From: a virus
Lineage: Duplodnaviria > Caudoviricetes
DNA length: 64,000 nucleotides
IMG/VR virus record: IMGVR_UViG_3300021255_003843
Location: 1 to 64,000 of that record
Strand: one strand, 5' to 3'
Program-made: the position numbers and the translations under genes
Part shown: positions 26,136 to 35,560 of the stretch, one piece after another
Numbering within the stretch: the stretch's first letter is position 1
How the letters are laid out: each line of letters starts with the position of its first letter
Notes under the pieces: model-generated
Told to the model about the DNA's origin: nothing
The model's database searches: none
The model's input: the letters and a program-made list of their open reading frames with translations, nothing else

Positions 26136-26348
26136 ATGTCACTGAAATGTCACTGATAACGCGCGACAAAATACCTTGTTGTATCAGCACATTTAGCATC
26201 AGCATCTTAGCACTCTTTACACCAAAATGTCACTAAACCAGGGAAAAGTGAACATTGGTCTCCGCACAAAATAAGAGAACCCTTGCTCTGCAAAGGTTCT
26301 CAAAAAATGGAGCATAGGAGACTCGAACTACATTGAAAGTACAATCTA
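26134..26348. mobile_element. attP: arm-type repeats plus tRNA-Ala 3'-end core
   Basis: AAATGTCACT three times (26134, 26145, ~26225); reverse complement of 26308-26329 = AGTTCGAGTCTCCTATGCTCCA, a T-arm plus acceptor 3' strand consistent with G3-U70/A73 of tRNA-Ala. Confidence 0.82.
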
Positions 26349-26423
26349 AAGCCTTGTCATGTCTTGATATAAGCATAATTAAATGTTGAACAATTGGTGT
26401 GTTTATATCAACACATGCGCTAT

Positions 26424-26466
26424 AAAATAGGGGCACCGGTAATTGAAACCGGTGCCCCTATTTTTT
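26424..26466. terminator. Bidirectional terminator at the convergence of the two genome arms
   Basis: AAAATAGGGGCACCGGT/ACCGGTGCCCCTATTTT. Confidence 0.88.
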
Positions 26467-26468
26467 CG

Positions 26469-26834
26469 TCAAATCTTTTCTGTCAGGTAATCGTCCAATG
26501 CGCCAGCGGCGCGTTGCATTTCTTCCGTGTTGCCGTCGTGTATCGCATGATTTAGTAAAGCCCGAACAGCTTGACATTGGATCCTGTTCGTATGCCTGAT
26601 GTCGTCGATCTCAGCAGAGTGAGAACCGACGACATCTTCTATACGATCCACCTGTTTTTTAAGACCTGTAAACTGAGCCTTCAGATCTTCTCTTGATTGA
26701 TCTTTAGGCCTCTTAATTTCTCTAAAAGTTTTTATCACGTTGCCGACAAGGACGAACAAGCCCATCATGGCAATCAAGACAATCAGAAATATCAGAAGGT
26801 TATTGCCTTCAAACATTACCTTGATATTGTCCAT
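26469..26834 (-). CDS. Holin-associated membrane protein (1 TM plus coiled coil)
   Basis: Hydrophobic N-terminus; position at the end of the late operon. Confidence 0.6.
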   Translation of the reverse strand: MDNIKVMFEGNNLLIFLIVLIAMMGLFVLVGNVIKTFREIKRPKDQSREDLKAQFTGLKKQVDRIEDVVGSHSAEIDDIRHTNRIQCQAVRALLNHAIHDGNTEEMQRAAGALDDYLTEKI

Positions 26835-26878
26835 GGTATTACTCCTTTCCGTCAGCAACCTGAACGGTTACTGACTTA

Positions 26879-27205
26879 TCACTCGGCGTCGCCCTCGTCT
26901 TTGTATTCAGTTTCGGCGTCTGTCTTCTTACCGAACGCACGATTCAGAGCGTCGAAGCCGCCGTTGGCAGCAAGAGAAACAACAGCGGCGTTGACAAGAT
27001 CAAGAACCGCAACGTCCCAGGAAGCCAGGTTGTCTGTAGCAAGCTGGCCGACAAGCATAATAATAACAGCAAACATGTAACTGACAAGCTGCGTCGGAAA
27101 CTTCTTAAACAGCGGCTTAGTAAATTCAGTTAAGAGACCGGTGCCGATAACGCAGCCAGCGAAAGAGAGCAGATATTCCCAGGTAAAGAAAGTATCAATC
27201 TTCAT
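26879..27205 (-). CDS. Putative holin (3 TM, charged tail)
   Basis: Three hydrophobic segments, NAAVVSLAANGGFD, acidic C-terminus. Confidence 0.7.
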   Translation of the reverse strand: MKIDTFFTWEYLLSFAGCVIGTGLLTEFTKPLFKKFPTQLVSYMFAVIIMLVGQLATDNLASWDVAVLDLVNAAVVSLAANGGFDALNRAFGKKTDAETEYKDEGDAE

Positions 27206-27268
27206 ATAAATTCCACCTTTCAATTATGTTTCGTCCCGGCGCGCTCAAAGCGCCGGGATGAGTATCAA

Positions 27269-27529
27269 TTATTCACCTTCGGTAGGTTCAACTTCTTCTT
27301 CGGGTGTAGGTTCGGGCTCGACCTTCGGATGATGATACACAAAGCCATCGATGAACCGGCCTTCGCTTGTCGTAAGCGTGCAAGCGTGAACAGGCAGCGT
27401 GCTTACAGCGGCAGAACTGCGGATCGCATAATACTTAGAGTCAGCAGCAAGACGATCATCGTAAGCATAGGTCGGAGTAGAGATAGTGCCGCCTTCAAAG
27501 GTTTGAATTTCAGTTACTAAATACTTCAT
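27269..27529 (-). CDS. Small tail-associated hypothetical protein
   Basis: AGGAGG RBS. Confidence 0.7.
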   Translation of the reverse strand: MKYLVTEIQTFEGGTISTPTYAYDDRLAADSKYYAIRSSAAVSTLPVHACTLTTSEGRFIDGFVYHHPKVEPEPTPEEEVEPTEGE

Positions 27530-27552
27530 AATAAGTACCTCCTAAATATTTC

Positions 27553-29451
27553 TTAACCATTGTTTTGTTGTTTCAAATATTCCTGCATTTTCACAGAGTT
27601 AAAAGCTGCAATACGTTTCTTCGCCGTCTGAATCATAGCAGAATCATGTATAGCATAAGATACTTCGGTGATATTGTTCATATCAGACCATATCCTGTTT
27701 AACCCCAAATTGGTTTTAAGCGACATTGGCTCTATATGGTACGTTTCATGCGTCTGGCACGGATACCAAATGTCAACATCGTATTCTTTCCCATCTGCTG
27801 GCAAATATAAATATACCGTTCCTGTCCCCAACCAGAATCTGATTGGCTCAGTTGTCTGCTGACTGTATGGCGCGAGATTACATAAAGCCTGGTCTCGTTT
27901 ACTAGTATCAACTAAATATTTTGACGGCAAGTTAAACGCTATATACCTGTAATCTTCTGAATAAGTTCCTGTTCCACCAGGTGTGCCCATGTCGCCGGTT
28001 ATATGTTTCGTTTCGTGATACCATTCTTCAACAACATCGCCAGTAATTACGTCTACATAACCGCCTAATACTTTTTTGCATGGCTCATACTCTGTCGCGG
28101 TCGAACCAAGTTCAAGCTGATAGTTGTAAGACAACAATTGTTCCTGTGTTACATTTTCAACATAATATATAATTCTTATTTCAGTTTCTATGCTTAATGT
28201 AAACGTAGCAGAATTTACATCAAATTTATTAAATATCGGTAATCCATCTTTTCGCGCCACAGTTAAAGATCTCGCAGGAGCGTTTGAAGAAACAGTATAT
28301 GTCCCCGGTTTTAAAATTAAAGACCCATCTGTCTTTCCGTTTTTGCCACCAAACGTTATTGAGGTGTTGCCGTTAGGATAAGCCTTGTTCATGTCGATCA
28401 GATTTTTTCCGGTTACAGGAAGTTCAACTGTTTCTGTAGTTCCACTATACGCTTCATAAGTCGTGCTATTATCAAAAGCAGGAGTAATCAAAAAGCTTTG
28501 AATAAAACAAGATATACCACAATTCCTTATTTCTATTACGCATCTGTCTGTATCTCCAGAATATGGTTTCCAAATTACGTTTTTAAAAACTACTCTATAC
28601 GCATTATAGTAATTAAAAACTTCACCGTAAGTTGTCGAACCATCATAATTAACCAATCTCATTGTAGTGTTCAAAGGATTCGTATTATTGATCACATAGA
28701 ATGAAATGTTGTATGGTTGATCTAATGTTAAATTATCTACAACTATATAGAATACTCCATTTGTCCGTGATTCTCTTTGTGAACTTGAGTAATTATTCTG
28801 TGTTATTGTTACAACAGAAGATGGAGATTTATAATCAATCTGTGTACCGTATTCATTGGAAGAAGTCAATTCATCAGTAGCACTATTTACCTTTGTAGCG
28901 CTGTATCCAACAACATGTCCGATGTTCTTTTTGGCATGACGAATATTTACACTATCGTATAGATCAACAGAACAATTGTTTTCGTATGGCTGAAATAATC
29001 CAGCCATTTTACCTTTTACAAGCATAGCTGTTTCAACTTTGCTTGCAATAGATAAACGGACATAATAAGCATTTTCCGGCGCGACGAGAGTTGTATTTGT
29101 TGCCTCTATAGATGATACAAAAACCTTATCTTTTGAATAAAAAGCATGATATACTAGATTTGTTCTTGTGCCACTAAACGTATATGTTTCACCGGGAACA
29201 ATCGCTATGTAATCAGAACAATATTGACCAGTCCAGTGTATTACACTTCCTTGACTTGAAATAGCACTATCCGCTATAGCCGTTTTATAATCAAACAAAT
29301 TTTTCCCAGTGCCGCCGGGCCAGGGTTTATCGTATCCATTGAGATTTTGCTTTGGTCTAAAATGTGCTTTTAAATTTTTAATGGGCACTCTTGCTACACT
29401 CTTAAAACTCGCTACATTATTATCTCCAACTGTATAAGTCATACCGGCCAT
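27553..29451 (-). CDS. Tail fibre/receptor-binding protein with carbohydrate-binding-like modules
   Basis: GKNL repeats, 'QLELGSTATEYEP' module ends; AT-rich. Confidence 0.7.
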   Translation of the reverse strand: MAGMTYTVGDNNVASFKSVARVPIKNLKAHFRPKQNLNGYDKPWPGGTGKNLFDYKTAIADSAISSQGSVIHWTGQYCSDYIAIVPGETYTFSGTRTNLVYHAFYSKDKVFVSSIEATNTTLVAPENAYYVRLSIASKVETAMLVKGKMAGLFQPYENNCSVDLYDSVNIRHAKKNIGHVVGYSATKVNSATDELTSSNEYGTQIDYKSPSSVVTITQNNYSSSQRESRTNGVFYIVVDNLTLDQPYNISFYVINNTNPLNTTMRLVNYDGSTTYGEVFNYYNAYRVVFKNVIWKPYSGDTDRCVIEIRNCGISCFIQSFLITPAFDNSTTYEAYSGTTETVELPVTGKNLIDMNKAYPNGNTSITFGGKNGKTDGSLILKPGTYTVSSNAPARSLTVARKDGLPIFNKFDVNSATFTLSIETEIRIIYYVENVTQEQLLSYNYQLELGSTATEYEPCKKVLGGYVDVITGDVVEEWYHETKHITGDMGTPGGTGTYSEDYRYIAFNLPSKYLVDTSKRDQALCNLAPYSQQTTEPIRFWLGTGTVYLYLPADGKEYDVDIWYPCQTHETYHIEPMSLKTNLGLNRIWSDMNNITEVSYAIHDSAMIQTAKKRIAAFNSVKMQEYLKQQNNG

Positions 29452-30386
29452 GTCATCACGCTCCCATATACACCATCTGTGATAAGTATCTCGTATATGG
29501 TATTCGTTTCCAATGAAGCTGCGTTAAACCATTGCGGCATTTTTACATTAGCTGGCAAAGTAAGAGCGGTGGCGGTAGAACCACTTTTAAAAATAACATC
29601 AGTGCTTCCTGATGAAGGCGGCGTTATAGATATAGACGACACTTCACCGCATACATATCTAACATTTGGTTCGCAATTAATTGTTACATCTGTCCCAGAA
29701 ATATTTTCAACGATAGGAATTTCGACATATGAAGCGATAACTTCTGGATCGATACCAAGCATAGTTTGTATATATTTTTTTGCTGTATCGGTATATGTGC
29801 CTATCGGGTTAGATGATTGAGATTGGCTGGCTCCCGCCGCTTTAGCCAAACCATAAAAGGCAATAGCAGATATTTGCGAAGGTGTAAGAAAGTTTGATTG
29901 ACTAATACCTTCTTTTATGCTTGCGGCAGAAGAAGCTCTAACACCAAACTCACCGTTAGAATACATCTCAAGTCCATAACCAGGTTTAACTAAACCGGGA
30001 GCAGAAGATGTTGCATAGTCTGTTTTCCCAACGGCGTCGATCATTGAACGTATCGAAGCTTTTGTGTCGTCATAATAATATCCTACATTGTAATTTGAAT
30101 GATCACGTGTATCACCAGCCGCGTCTGCAAGACCATAAAATGCGATTTCCGCACTGTCTAAATCGGCAACACCGTTTTCAACTATAGAAGTTTCATCTAC
30201 TTGTATGTCCTGCACGCCGCCAGTTTCGTCTGCCCAGCCTACATCATAGTTCTTATTCGATCTCTTTTTTAAAACCTGGCCCTTCTTACCGCCGCGAGGC
30301 GTAGTCTGTTTATTGTCGATCCTTTCACGAAGATCATTATACAACAGCTGACCGTCTGCATAATTAAGAAGTTTATCTTCTGTCAT
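29439..30386 (-). CDS. Tail fibre-related protein
   Basis: Shares VQDxQV..GVA and AFYGLAxAAG modules with the 1184-aa neighbour. Confidence 0.7.
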   Translation of the reverse strand: MTEDKLLNYADGQLLYNDLRERIDNKQTTPRGGKKGQVLKKRSNKNYDVGWADETGGVQDIQVDETSIVENGVADLDSAEIAFYGLADAAGDTRDHSNYNVGYYYDDTKASIRSMIDAVGKTDYATSSAPGLVKPGYGLEMYSNGEFGVRASSAASIKEGISQSNFLTPSQISAIAFYGLAKAAGASQSQSSNPIGTYTDTAKKYIQTMLGIDPEVIASYVEIPIVENISGTDVTINCEPNVRYVCGEVSSISITPPSSGSTDVIFKSGSTATALTLPANVKMPQWFNAASLETNTIYEILITDGVYGSVMTWPV

Positions 30387-30401
30387 AAGACCACCTTCTT
30401 A

Positions 30402-33400
30402 TTAATACACAGGATCTGTATTTTCAGGCTCATAATCTACCATAAAATAGACTTTGTTATTGACGCATATCCAATCTTTTATGCGGTCTGCGGCGTTTGC
30501 TTCCATATCCGACGCTTTGCTTGGCGCAAAAGTAAACCGCGGCAATACAGGATAAACAACTTGTTCTCCGCTGCTGTTATGAGCGTTTTTAATATCTTCA
30601 ATAGTTGTATCAAACCCGTCGCCTTCTTCAAAACCGACAAGCTGCATATAGATGTCGTCATATATTCCGTATTCTTCTTCAGTTGCCGGCAGTTTGAATA
30701 TAAGGCTCTTTCCCATTTTATACGCGGCAGCAATATCTGAAGCATCCATATCAGTTTCGTAATATACATAACCCTCGTCGACAATACCAGAAGAGCCATC
30801 AGATACATAAAACGCAGTTTCTACTAACATTGAGTCATCATCTCCCATTCCGTAGTTATTTATAATTTCAGCAGTTTCTTCCAGCGTCGCAACTTCCATA
30901 TCACTCCACTCGGTATCGTAGTCACCATCGCTGATTTTTCTTAACACTTGCCCAACTGTACCGCCAGTTGGAACTCCTTCACCTTTTAACGATATATTTG
31001 CAACACCATCATTTCCAACAATACTCGTCCCATTAACTTGTACATCTTTAATCTTCCCACCTGCTTCCGCCATAGTGGTCTCAACACAATTTGTATCAGG
31101 AATAATCGCTTCATCCTTTGCAATCGCGGCGGTAGCCTTGTATAAGTGGCCGTTCGCGGCAAAGGCTTCACCGATGGAGTAAGGTTGGGATGCGACTAAG
31201 TTTGGGTTAGTAGGTGCAAGCATTTGAGATATGCCAAGCATGGATTGGATTGCTTCTTTTTGAGCATCGGGGTAGGTGCCAACTGTTGTGTTGGCAATGT
31301 CTTTCATATCGGCTCCGGCTGCCTTTGCCATGCCGTAGAAAGTGGCAGAGTGTTGATTACCAGGTGAGATTACCGGGCCTGTCATAACACCGCTCTTAAT
31401 TTGGCTTTCGAGCGGAGCGGCCGTAGATAAGAAACCCGGTTTTCCGCTCCAGCTTCTGATCGTCACGCCCAGCATGTTTGTGTCTAACGCTCTGAGCACA
31501 CCGAGTGCGCCATTACCGTCACCAGCGATTGCCACAGGAACATTTGCAACGCCCTGCGCGTCAAGCACCGACACACCATTTACTTGCACATCTTGAACAG
31601 GAACTTCCGGTATATCTTCAACATCAGCTTTTCCCGCAAGCGCTTCGTTCATATCCTCAACCGTAGGAATCTGTACAGGTGCGTCAGCAGTCTCAGATAT
31701 CCAGATTTTCGTATCAGGATCCGTCGGTTCTTCGTCCTGTACAGCAACAACGTTCTCGCTTGTAGCACCGATCATGTTACGGATAGCTGTTTTCGCGGTA
31801 TCAGTGTATTGACCGACAGGAAGCATGCTATCTTTCTCGTCAGCTCCTGCTGCTTTAGCGAGACCATAGAAAGTAGCTTCATGCTGACGTTTAGGAACAA
31901 TGGGTTTATAAGCATCTTCTCCTGACTTAATAACAGGTGATGAAGCAGTTGTTAATTGTATAGAGCCGGCGTTGCTTATTCCTATTCCACGACCATCTGG
32001 AATTTTCATTAGTCCATATGCATTGGGGCCGGTAGCAATTGGTACATTAGCGACACCGTCGCTCACGATACTCGTTCCATCAATCTGTACATCTTGTACT
32101 GGCGCTTCGTGTATATCTTCTAACGCCGGCGCTCCGATCATATTTCTGATAGCTGCTTTAGCTTCATCTGTGTAAGTACCAACAGCGTTATCTGATTGAG
32201 ATTGCGTAATATCGCCAGCGGCCTTGGCTAAACCGTAGAAAGCTGATTCGTGTTGTCTACCAGCGATAATAGGTCTGAAAACATCTGTGCCTTGTTTTAT
32301 AATTATTGAATTGGCTCCTGCAATTGCTAGCTGTTCAGTATTAAGCATTACTATGCCATTGCTTCCAACTACTTTGACAACACCGGCTTTATTCGTCGTA
32401 GCGTAATCATCAAACTGTACATAATTACTCAAATCAATTGTCGCACTGCCGAACTGTTCCCACTTATTGTTCAGATATACCCATTCAATATACAGGTTGT
32501 CTCCTTCACCACCTGGAACTAAATAGAAATAATTCCTGTCAGGTTCTGCGATCGTCGGTATACCGGTAGCGCTGTCGTATTCAGAAGCAGAGCAGATATG
32601 GATCTTCATATTATCTACTAACGTAGCGATCTCTGCTTTATCGTCTTCTGTCAGATTATACGCATCGCCTTGCGGGCCTTGCGCTTCTACACCACTGTCT
32701 ACATACGCATTTGTCTGCTGATTCCAGACATGCCACATACCGTTCTCGATCTTCGGACTGTGTGCTACAGCGGCTACTGCTGTATCTTTTGCGGCTTCAG
32801 CATTACGCTGCGCCGTCTCTGCTGCCGTCTTTGCTGCGACGGCGTTATCTGCCGCCGTCGCAGCAGCAACAGCGCTGTCTTTAATATTATCGGCGTAGCT
32901 CTTTGCTTCTGTCGCCGATCTCTCAGCGTTTGCCTGAGCGCTTATCGCTTTATTCGCCGACAAGCCAGCAGCTTCTTCACTATCTTGTGCGTCATCTGCG
33001 CTTTGCTTTGCCGACGTCATCGCGACCTCAGCTCGCTGAGCATAATTAAGCGCATCATCTTTCGCATCTAAAGCCGCCAACTTCGCTTGATCTGCTTTTT
33101 CAGCAGATTGCGCGGCTTCATTTGCTTTGTTCACTGCCGCCTGCTTTGCAGCTTCGGCGGCTTCCTTACTTTGCTGCGCAGCCGCCGCGTTCGAAGCGGC
33201 GGTCTGCGCGCTCGTAGCAGATTCTGTCGCGCTGTTAAGGCTTAACTGTGCCGCGTTGATAGATGTCTGAGCTGACGCTTTCGCCGCGTCTCGCGCAGTT
33301 TCAGCAGCAGCCTGTGCGTCTTCTGCTTTATCCTGCGCGGCTTCAGATTTAGCCTGAGCTTCTTCTGCCTTACGTTGCGCAAGCTCCGCCGCGTTCTTAT

Positions 33401-33956
33401 AATTCAAAGCGTCTTCAGCAGAATTGTTCGAAGACTCGGCAGACAACTGTGCGTTGTCTCTCGCAGCTTCGGCTTTGTTTTGCGCATCCTCGGCAGCTTC
33501 CTTTGCGGCAACAGCTTCAGATAAAGCTGTTGCCGTAGCTTCTACGTCTTCGCCGGTCTGCTTTACAGCTTTGTTTAGTTCGACGATTGCTTCTGCGATC
33601 GCCGTTTGTTCTTCAGGTAAAGGTTCTTCGTCGGTAATCGTAGCGCGGTTAGAGATCGGAATAATAATCTGCGCTACAGTTTCACCGCTTGTTTCTGTCG
33701 CATGCAGATAAAGCCATGCATATATTTCTTTGCCTGGCTGAAAGTATTCTCTTGGTATTAGTACACCATCAGCATTGCCGATCTGGGTTTTCGATTCGCC
33801 GTTGATCTCGTTGCTGAAATGTACCTCATATGCAGGCGGCAGGTCTACGCCGACAAGTTTCAGTATCTGGCCGTAGTTAAAACGGAACAGTGTTCGCGTT
33901 TTACAAAAGCTTGATTTGCCTATGTCGGCAACAACAATGTTATCCAACGCCGTCAC
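30402..33956 (-). CDS. Long tail fibre: BppU-like N-terminus, Ala-rich coiled coil, repeated modules
   Basis: NYGQILKLVGVDLPPAYEVHFSN; ~300-aa Ala-rich stretch; three FYGxAKAAG modules. Confidence 0.75.
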   Translation of the reverse strand: MTALDNIVVADIGKSSFCKTRTLFRFNYGQILKLVGVDLPPAYEVHFSNEINGESKTQIGNADGVLIPREYFQPGKEIYAWLYLHATETSGETVAQIIIPISNRATITDEEPLPEEQTAIAEAIVELNKAVKQTGEDVEATATALSEAVAAKEAAEDAQNKAEAARDNAQLSAESSNNSAEDALNYKNAAELAQRKAEEAQAKSEAAQDKAEDAQAAAETARDAAKASAQTSINAAQLSLNSATESATSAQTAASNAAAAQQSKEAAEAAKQAAVNKANEAAQSAEKADQAKLAALDAKDDALNYAQRAEVAMTSAKQSADDAQDSEEAAGLSANKAISAQANAERSATEAKSYADNIKDSAVAAATAADNAVAAKTAAETAQRNAEAAKDTAVAAVAHSPKIENGMWHVWNQQTNAYVDSGVEAQGPQGDAYNLTEDDKAEIATLVDNMKIHICSASEYDSATGIPTIAEPDRNYFYLVPGGEGDNLYIEWVYLNNKWEQFGSATIDLSNYVQFDDYATTNKAGVVKVVGSNGIVMLNTEQLAIAGANSIIIKQGTDVFRPIIAGRQHESAFYGLAKAAGDITQSQSDNAVGTYTDEAKAAIRNMIGAPALEDIHEAPVQDVQIDGTSIVSDGVANVPIATGPNAYGLMKIPDGRGIGISNAGSIQLTTASSPVIKSGEDAYKPIVPKRQHEATFYGLAKAAGADEKDSMLPVGQYTDTAKTAIRNMIGATSENVVAVQDEEPTDPDTKIWISETADAPVQIPTVEDMNEALAGKADVEDIPEVPVQDVQVNGVSVLDAQGVANVPVAIAGDGNGALGVLRALDTNMLGVTIRSWSGKPGFLSTAAPLESQIKSGVMTGPVISPGNQHSATFYGMAKAAGADMKDIANTTVGTYPDAQKEAIQSMLGISQMLAPTNPNLVASQPYSIGEAFAANGHLYKATAAIAKDEAIIPDTNCVETTMAEAGGKIKDVQVNGTSIVGNDGVANISLKGEGVPTGGTVGQVLRKISDGDYDTEWSDMEVATLEETAEIINNYGMGDDDSMLVETAFYVSDGSSGIVDEGYVYYETDMDASDIAAAYKMGKSLIFKLPATEEEYGIYDDIYMQLVGFEEGDGFDTTIEDIKNAHNSSGEQVVYPVLPRFTFAPSKASDMEANAADRIKDWICVNNKVYFMVDYEPENTDPVY

Positions 33957-33965
33957 CTCTTTCGT

Positions 33966-34178
33966 TTATAAACCTAAAAGTATCCTTGCCGCTACAGCAA
34001 GTTCTGATTCTTCGGAGCTTTCTTCCTGCTCCGGTATTTCTGTTTCCGGTATCTCGTGCCAGTATTCAGGCTTGTCTAATTTAGCGAGCCATACTTCGGT
34101 AGAGTATGTCTGCCCGTCTGTCAGCACCATGCCTTCTTCAGCGATAAGATGTACCGGATCCTCATTGATAATGCGCAT
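33966..34178 (-). CDS. Small tail-fibre-associated protein
   Basis: AAGGTG RBS; LIAEEGMVLTDG...W.EI. Confidence 0.7.
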   Translation of the reverse strand: MRIINEDPVHLIAEEGMVLTDGQTYSTEVWLAKLDKPEYWHEIPETEIPEQEESSEESELAVAARILLGL

Positions 34179-34188
34179 AGCTATCACC

Positions 34189-34281
34189 TTAAATTGTGTT
34201 CACGTCAGTGTCGAGCTCAGATAAAACAAGATCAAATGCGTAGGTGTCACCTCGCACCATGCTGATGTTTTCTTTGACCAA
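34189..34281 (-). pseudogene. Truncated 30-codon gene remnant
   Basis: TTG-start MVKENISMVRGDTYAFDLVLSELDTDVNTI*; IxMxRGDT is a typical start of phage baseplate/tail proteins. Confidence 0.45.
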
Positions 34282-34286
34282 TATTC

Positions 34287-35117
34287 TCACCCCGCATAAA
34301 TATCTTTGTATACATCGTTCAGTTTCGTCCACGTCTGTCTGCCAACAATGCCGTCAGCTTTCAGGCCGTAAGCTTTCTGAAACTTAACAACGGCATCTTT
34401 GGTCTTCTTGCCAAAGATGCCGTCCACACTGCCGCAATAGTAATCGACAGTATTCAGCATATTCTGTAAAGCCGCCACGTCTGTGCCGGTGCTGCCTTTT
34501 TTAATCGTCCTGCGTACAACAACGTCAGGATCGATATCAGGCTTTGCCGGTTGATAGCCTTGCTTCTCTAATTCTTCCGCTACTTCTTTGCGAAGCCGCG
34601 CCATCGTGTACTGCTCCCAAGCTGTACCTTTCTTCCCCCACCAATGATTCACATCAGCGTGGTTGCTGGCACATTTCATTCTGTGCAGCTCAGCATGACA
34701 ACGTATATTCTCAGGATCGATGCCGAACTTCTTGCACAGCTCTACGCAGAGCCAACGTACGCAGCAATACAGGTAGGCCGCTGCAACGTCGGTGTCTTTG
34801 CTTTTCGAAGGCTCGCAGATTTCAAACCCGACGCACCAATCGTTTGCGTTGCCTTTGCTTCCTTTGCCTGATAACCAGGGCCGCACATTCCAATCAAGGG
34901 TCTGCATAATGCCGTTCGTATCGATAATGGCGTTCGCACATTTCTCGATTGTGCTGTTGTTCCACCTGCGCCATCTGTCACGGTTCGTGCCCTTGCAGCC
35001 TACGCTGTGAACCTGAATGCCCGTCGGTGTCCTGCGCCTGTCCGCCTTGTAGCAACGGTTCTTTGTCATAAAGTATTCTTCTATAGGATATAACTCGTTT
35101 GGTTCAAAGTCTCCCAT
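34287..35117 (-). CDS. N-acetylmuramoyl-L-alanine amidase endolysin with PG-binding domain
   Basis: IQVHSVG, GFEICE, CHAE...SNHAD; C-terminal PG_binding_1 pattern. Confidence 0.88.
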   Translation of the reverse strand: MGDFEPNELYPIEEYFMTKNRCYKADRRRTPTGIQVHSVGCKGTNRDRWRRWNNSTIEKCANAIIDTNGIMQTLDWNVRPWLSGKGSKGNANDWCVGFEICEPSKSKDTDVAAAYLYCCVRWLCVELCKKFGIDPENIRCHAELHRMKCASNHADVNHWWGKKGTAWEQYTMARLRKEVAEELEKQGYQPAKPDIDPDVVVRRTIKKGSTGTDVAALQNMLNTVDYYCGSVDGIFGKKTKDAVVKFQKAYGLKADGIVGRQTWTKLNDVYKDIYAG

Positions 35118-35122
35118 TGGGA

Positions 35123-35548
35123 TCACTCCTCGATCCAATACTGCGGCGTCACATTAGGCGACCACACAACCGGGAAGTTATCAGGTGCGGAGCATGTATA
35201 CACCTTGCCTTCAAACGTCACCTTATCGCCGTCGTAATACCACTTGCCTTCTACATATTCGGCAAGCGCTTCGTCTTCTTCATCCTCAGGATCCTTCTGA
35301 AGCTCCGCAACTGCCGCCTCTAAAGCAGAGATACGCTTGCCAAAGGCGGCAAGCGTATCTGCTACGTTGATTATTTCTGCAATGCTGTCCGTTGCTTTCG
35401 CCCTCGCTTCCGCGTAAAGCGTAGCCCTTTCTTCGTCGGTCAACTTGCCTCGTATATGATAAATGTCGATCTTATGCAGCATCTCTTCCAAAGAGGTGAA
35501 CCCCTCATCGATTGCTGCAGAGAAATCGGCCTTTACTATATCGCTCAT
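35123..35548 (-). CDS. Hypothetical virion protein with C-terminal CBM5/12-like domain
   Basis: Y..GDKVTFEGKVYTC...WSP...W. Confidence 0.65.
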   Translation of the reverse strand: MSDIVKADFSAAIDEGFTSLEEMLHKIDIYHIRGKLTDEERATLYAEARAKATDSIAEIINVADTLAAFGKRISALEAAVAELQKDPEDEEDEALAEYVEGKWYYDGDKVTFEGKVYTCSAPDNFPVVWSPNVTPQYWIEE

Positions 35549-35560
35549 ATTGTTCACCCC

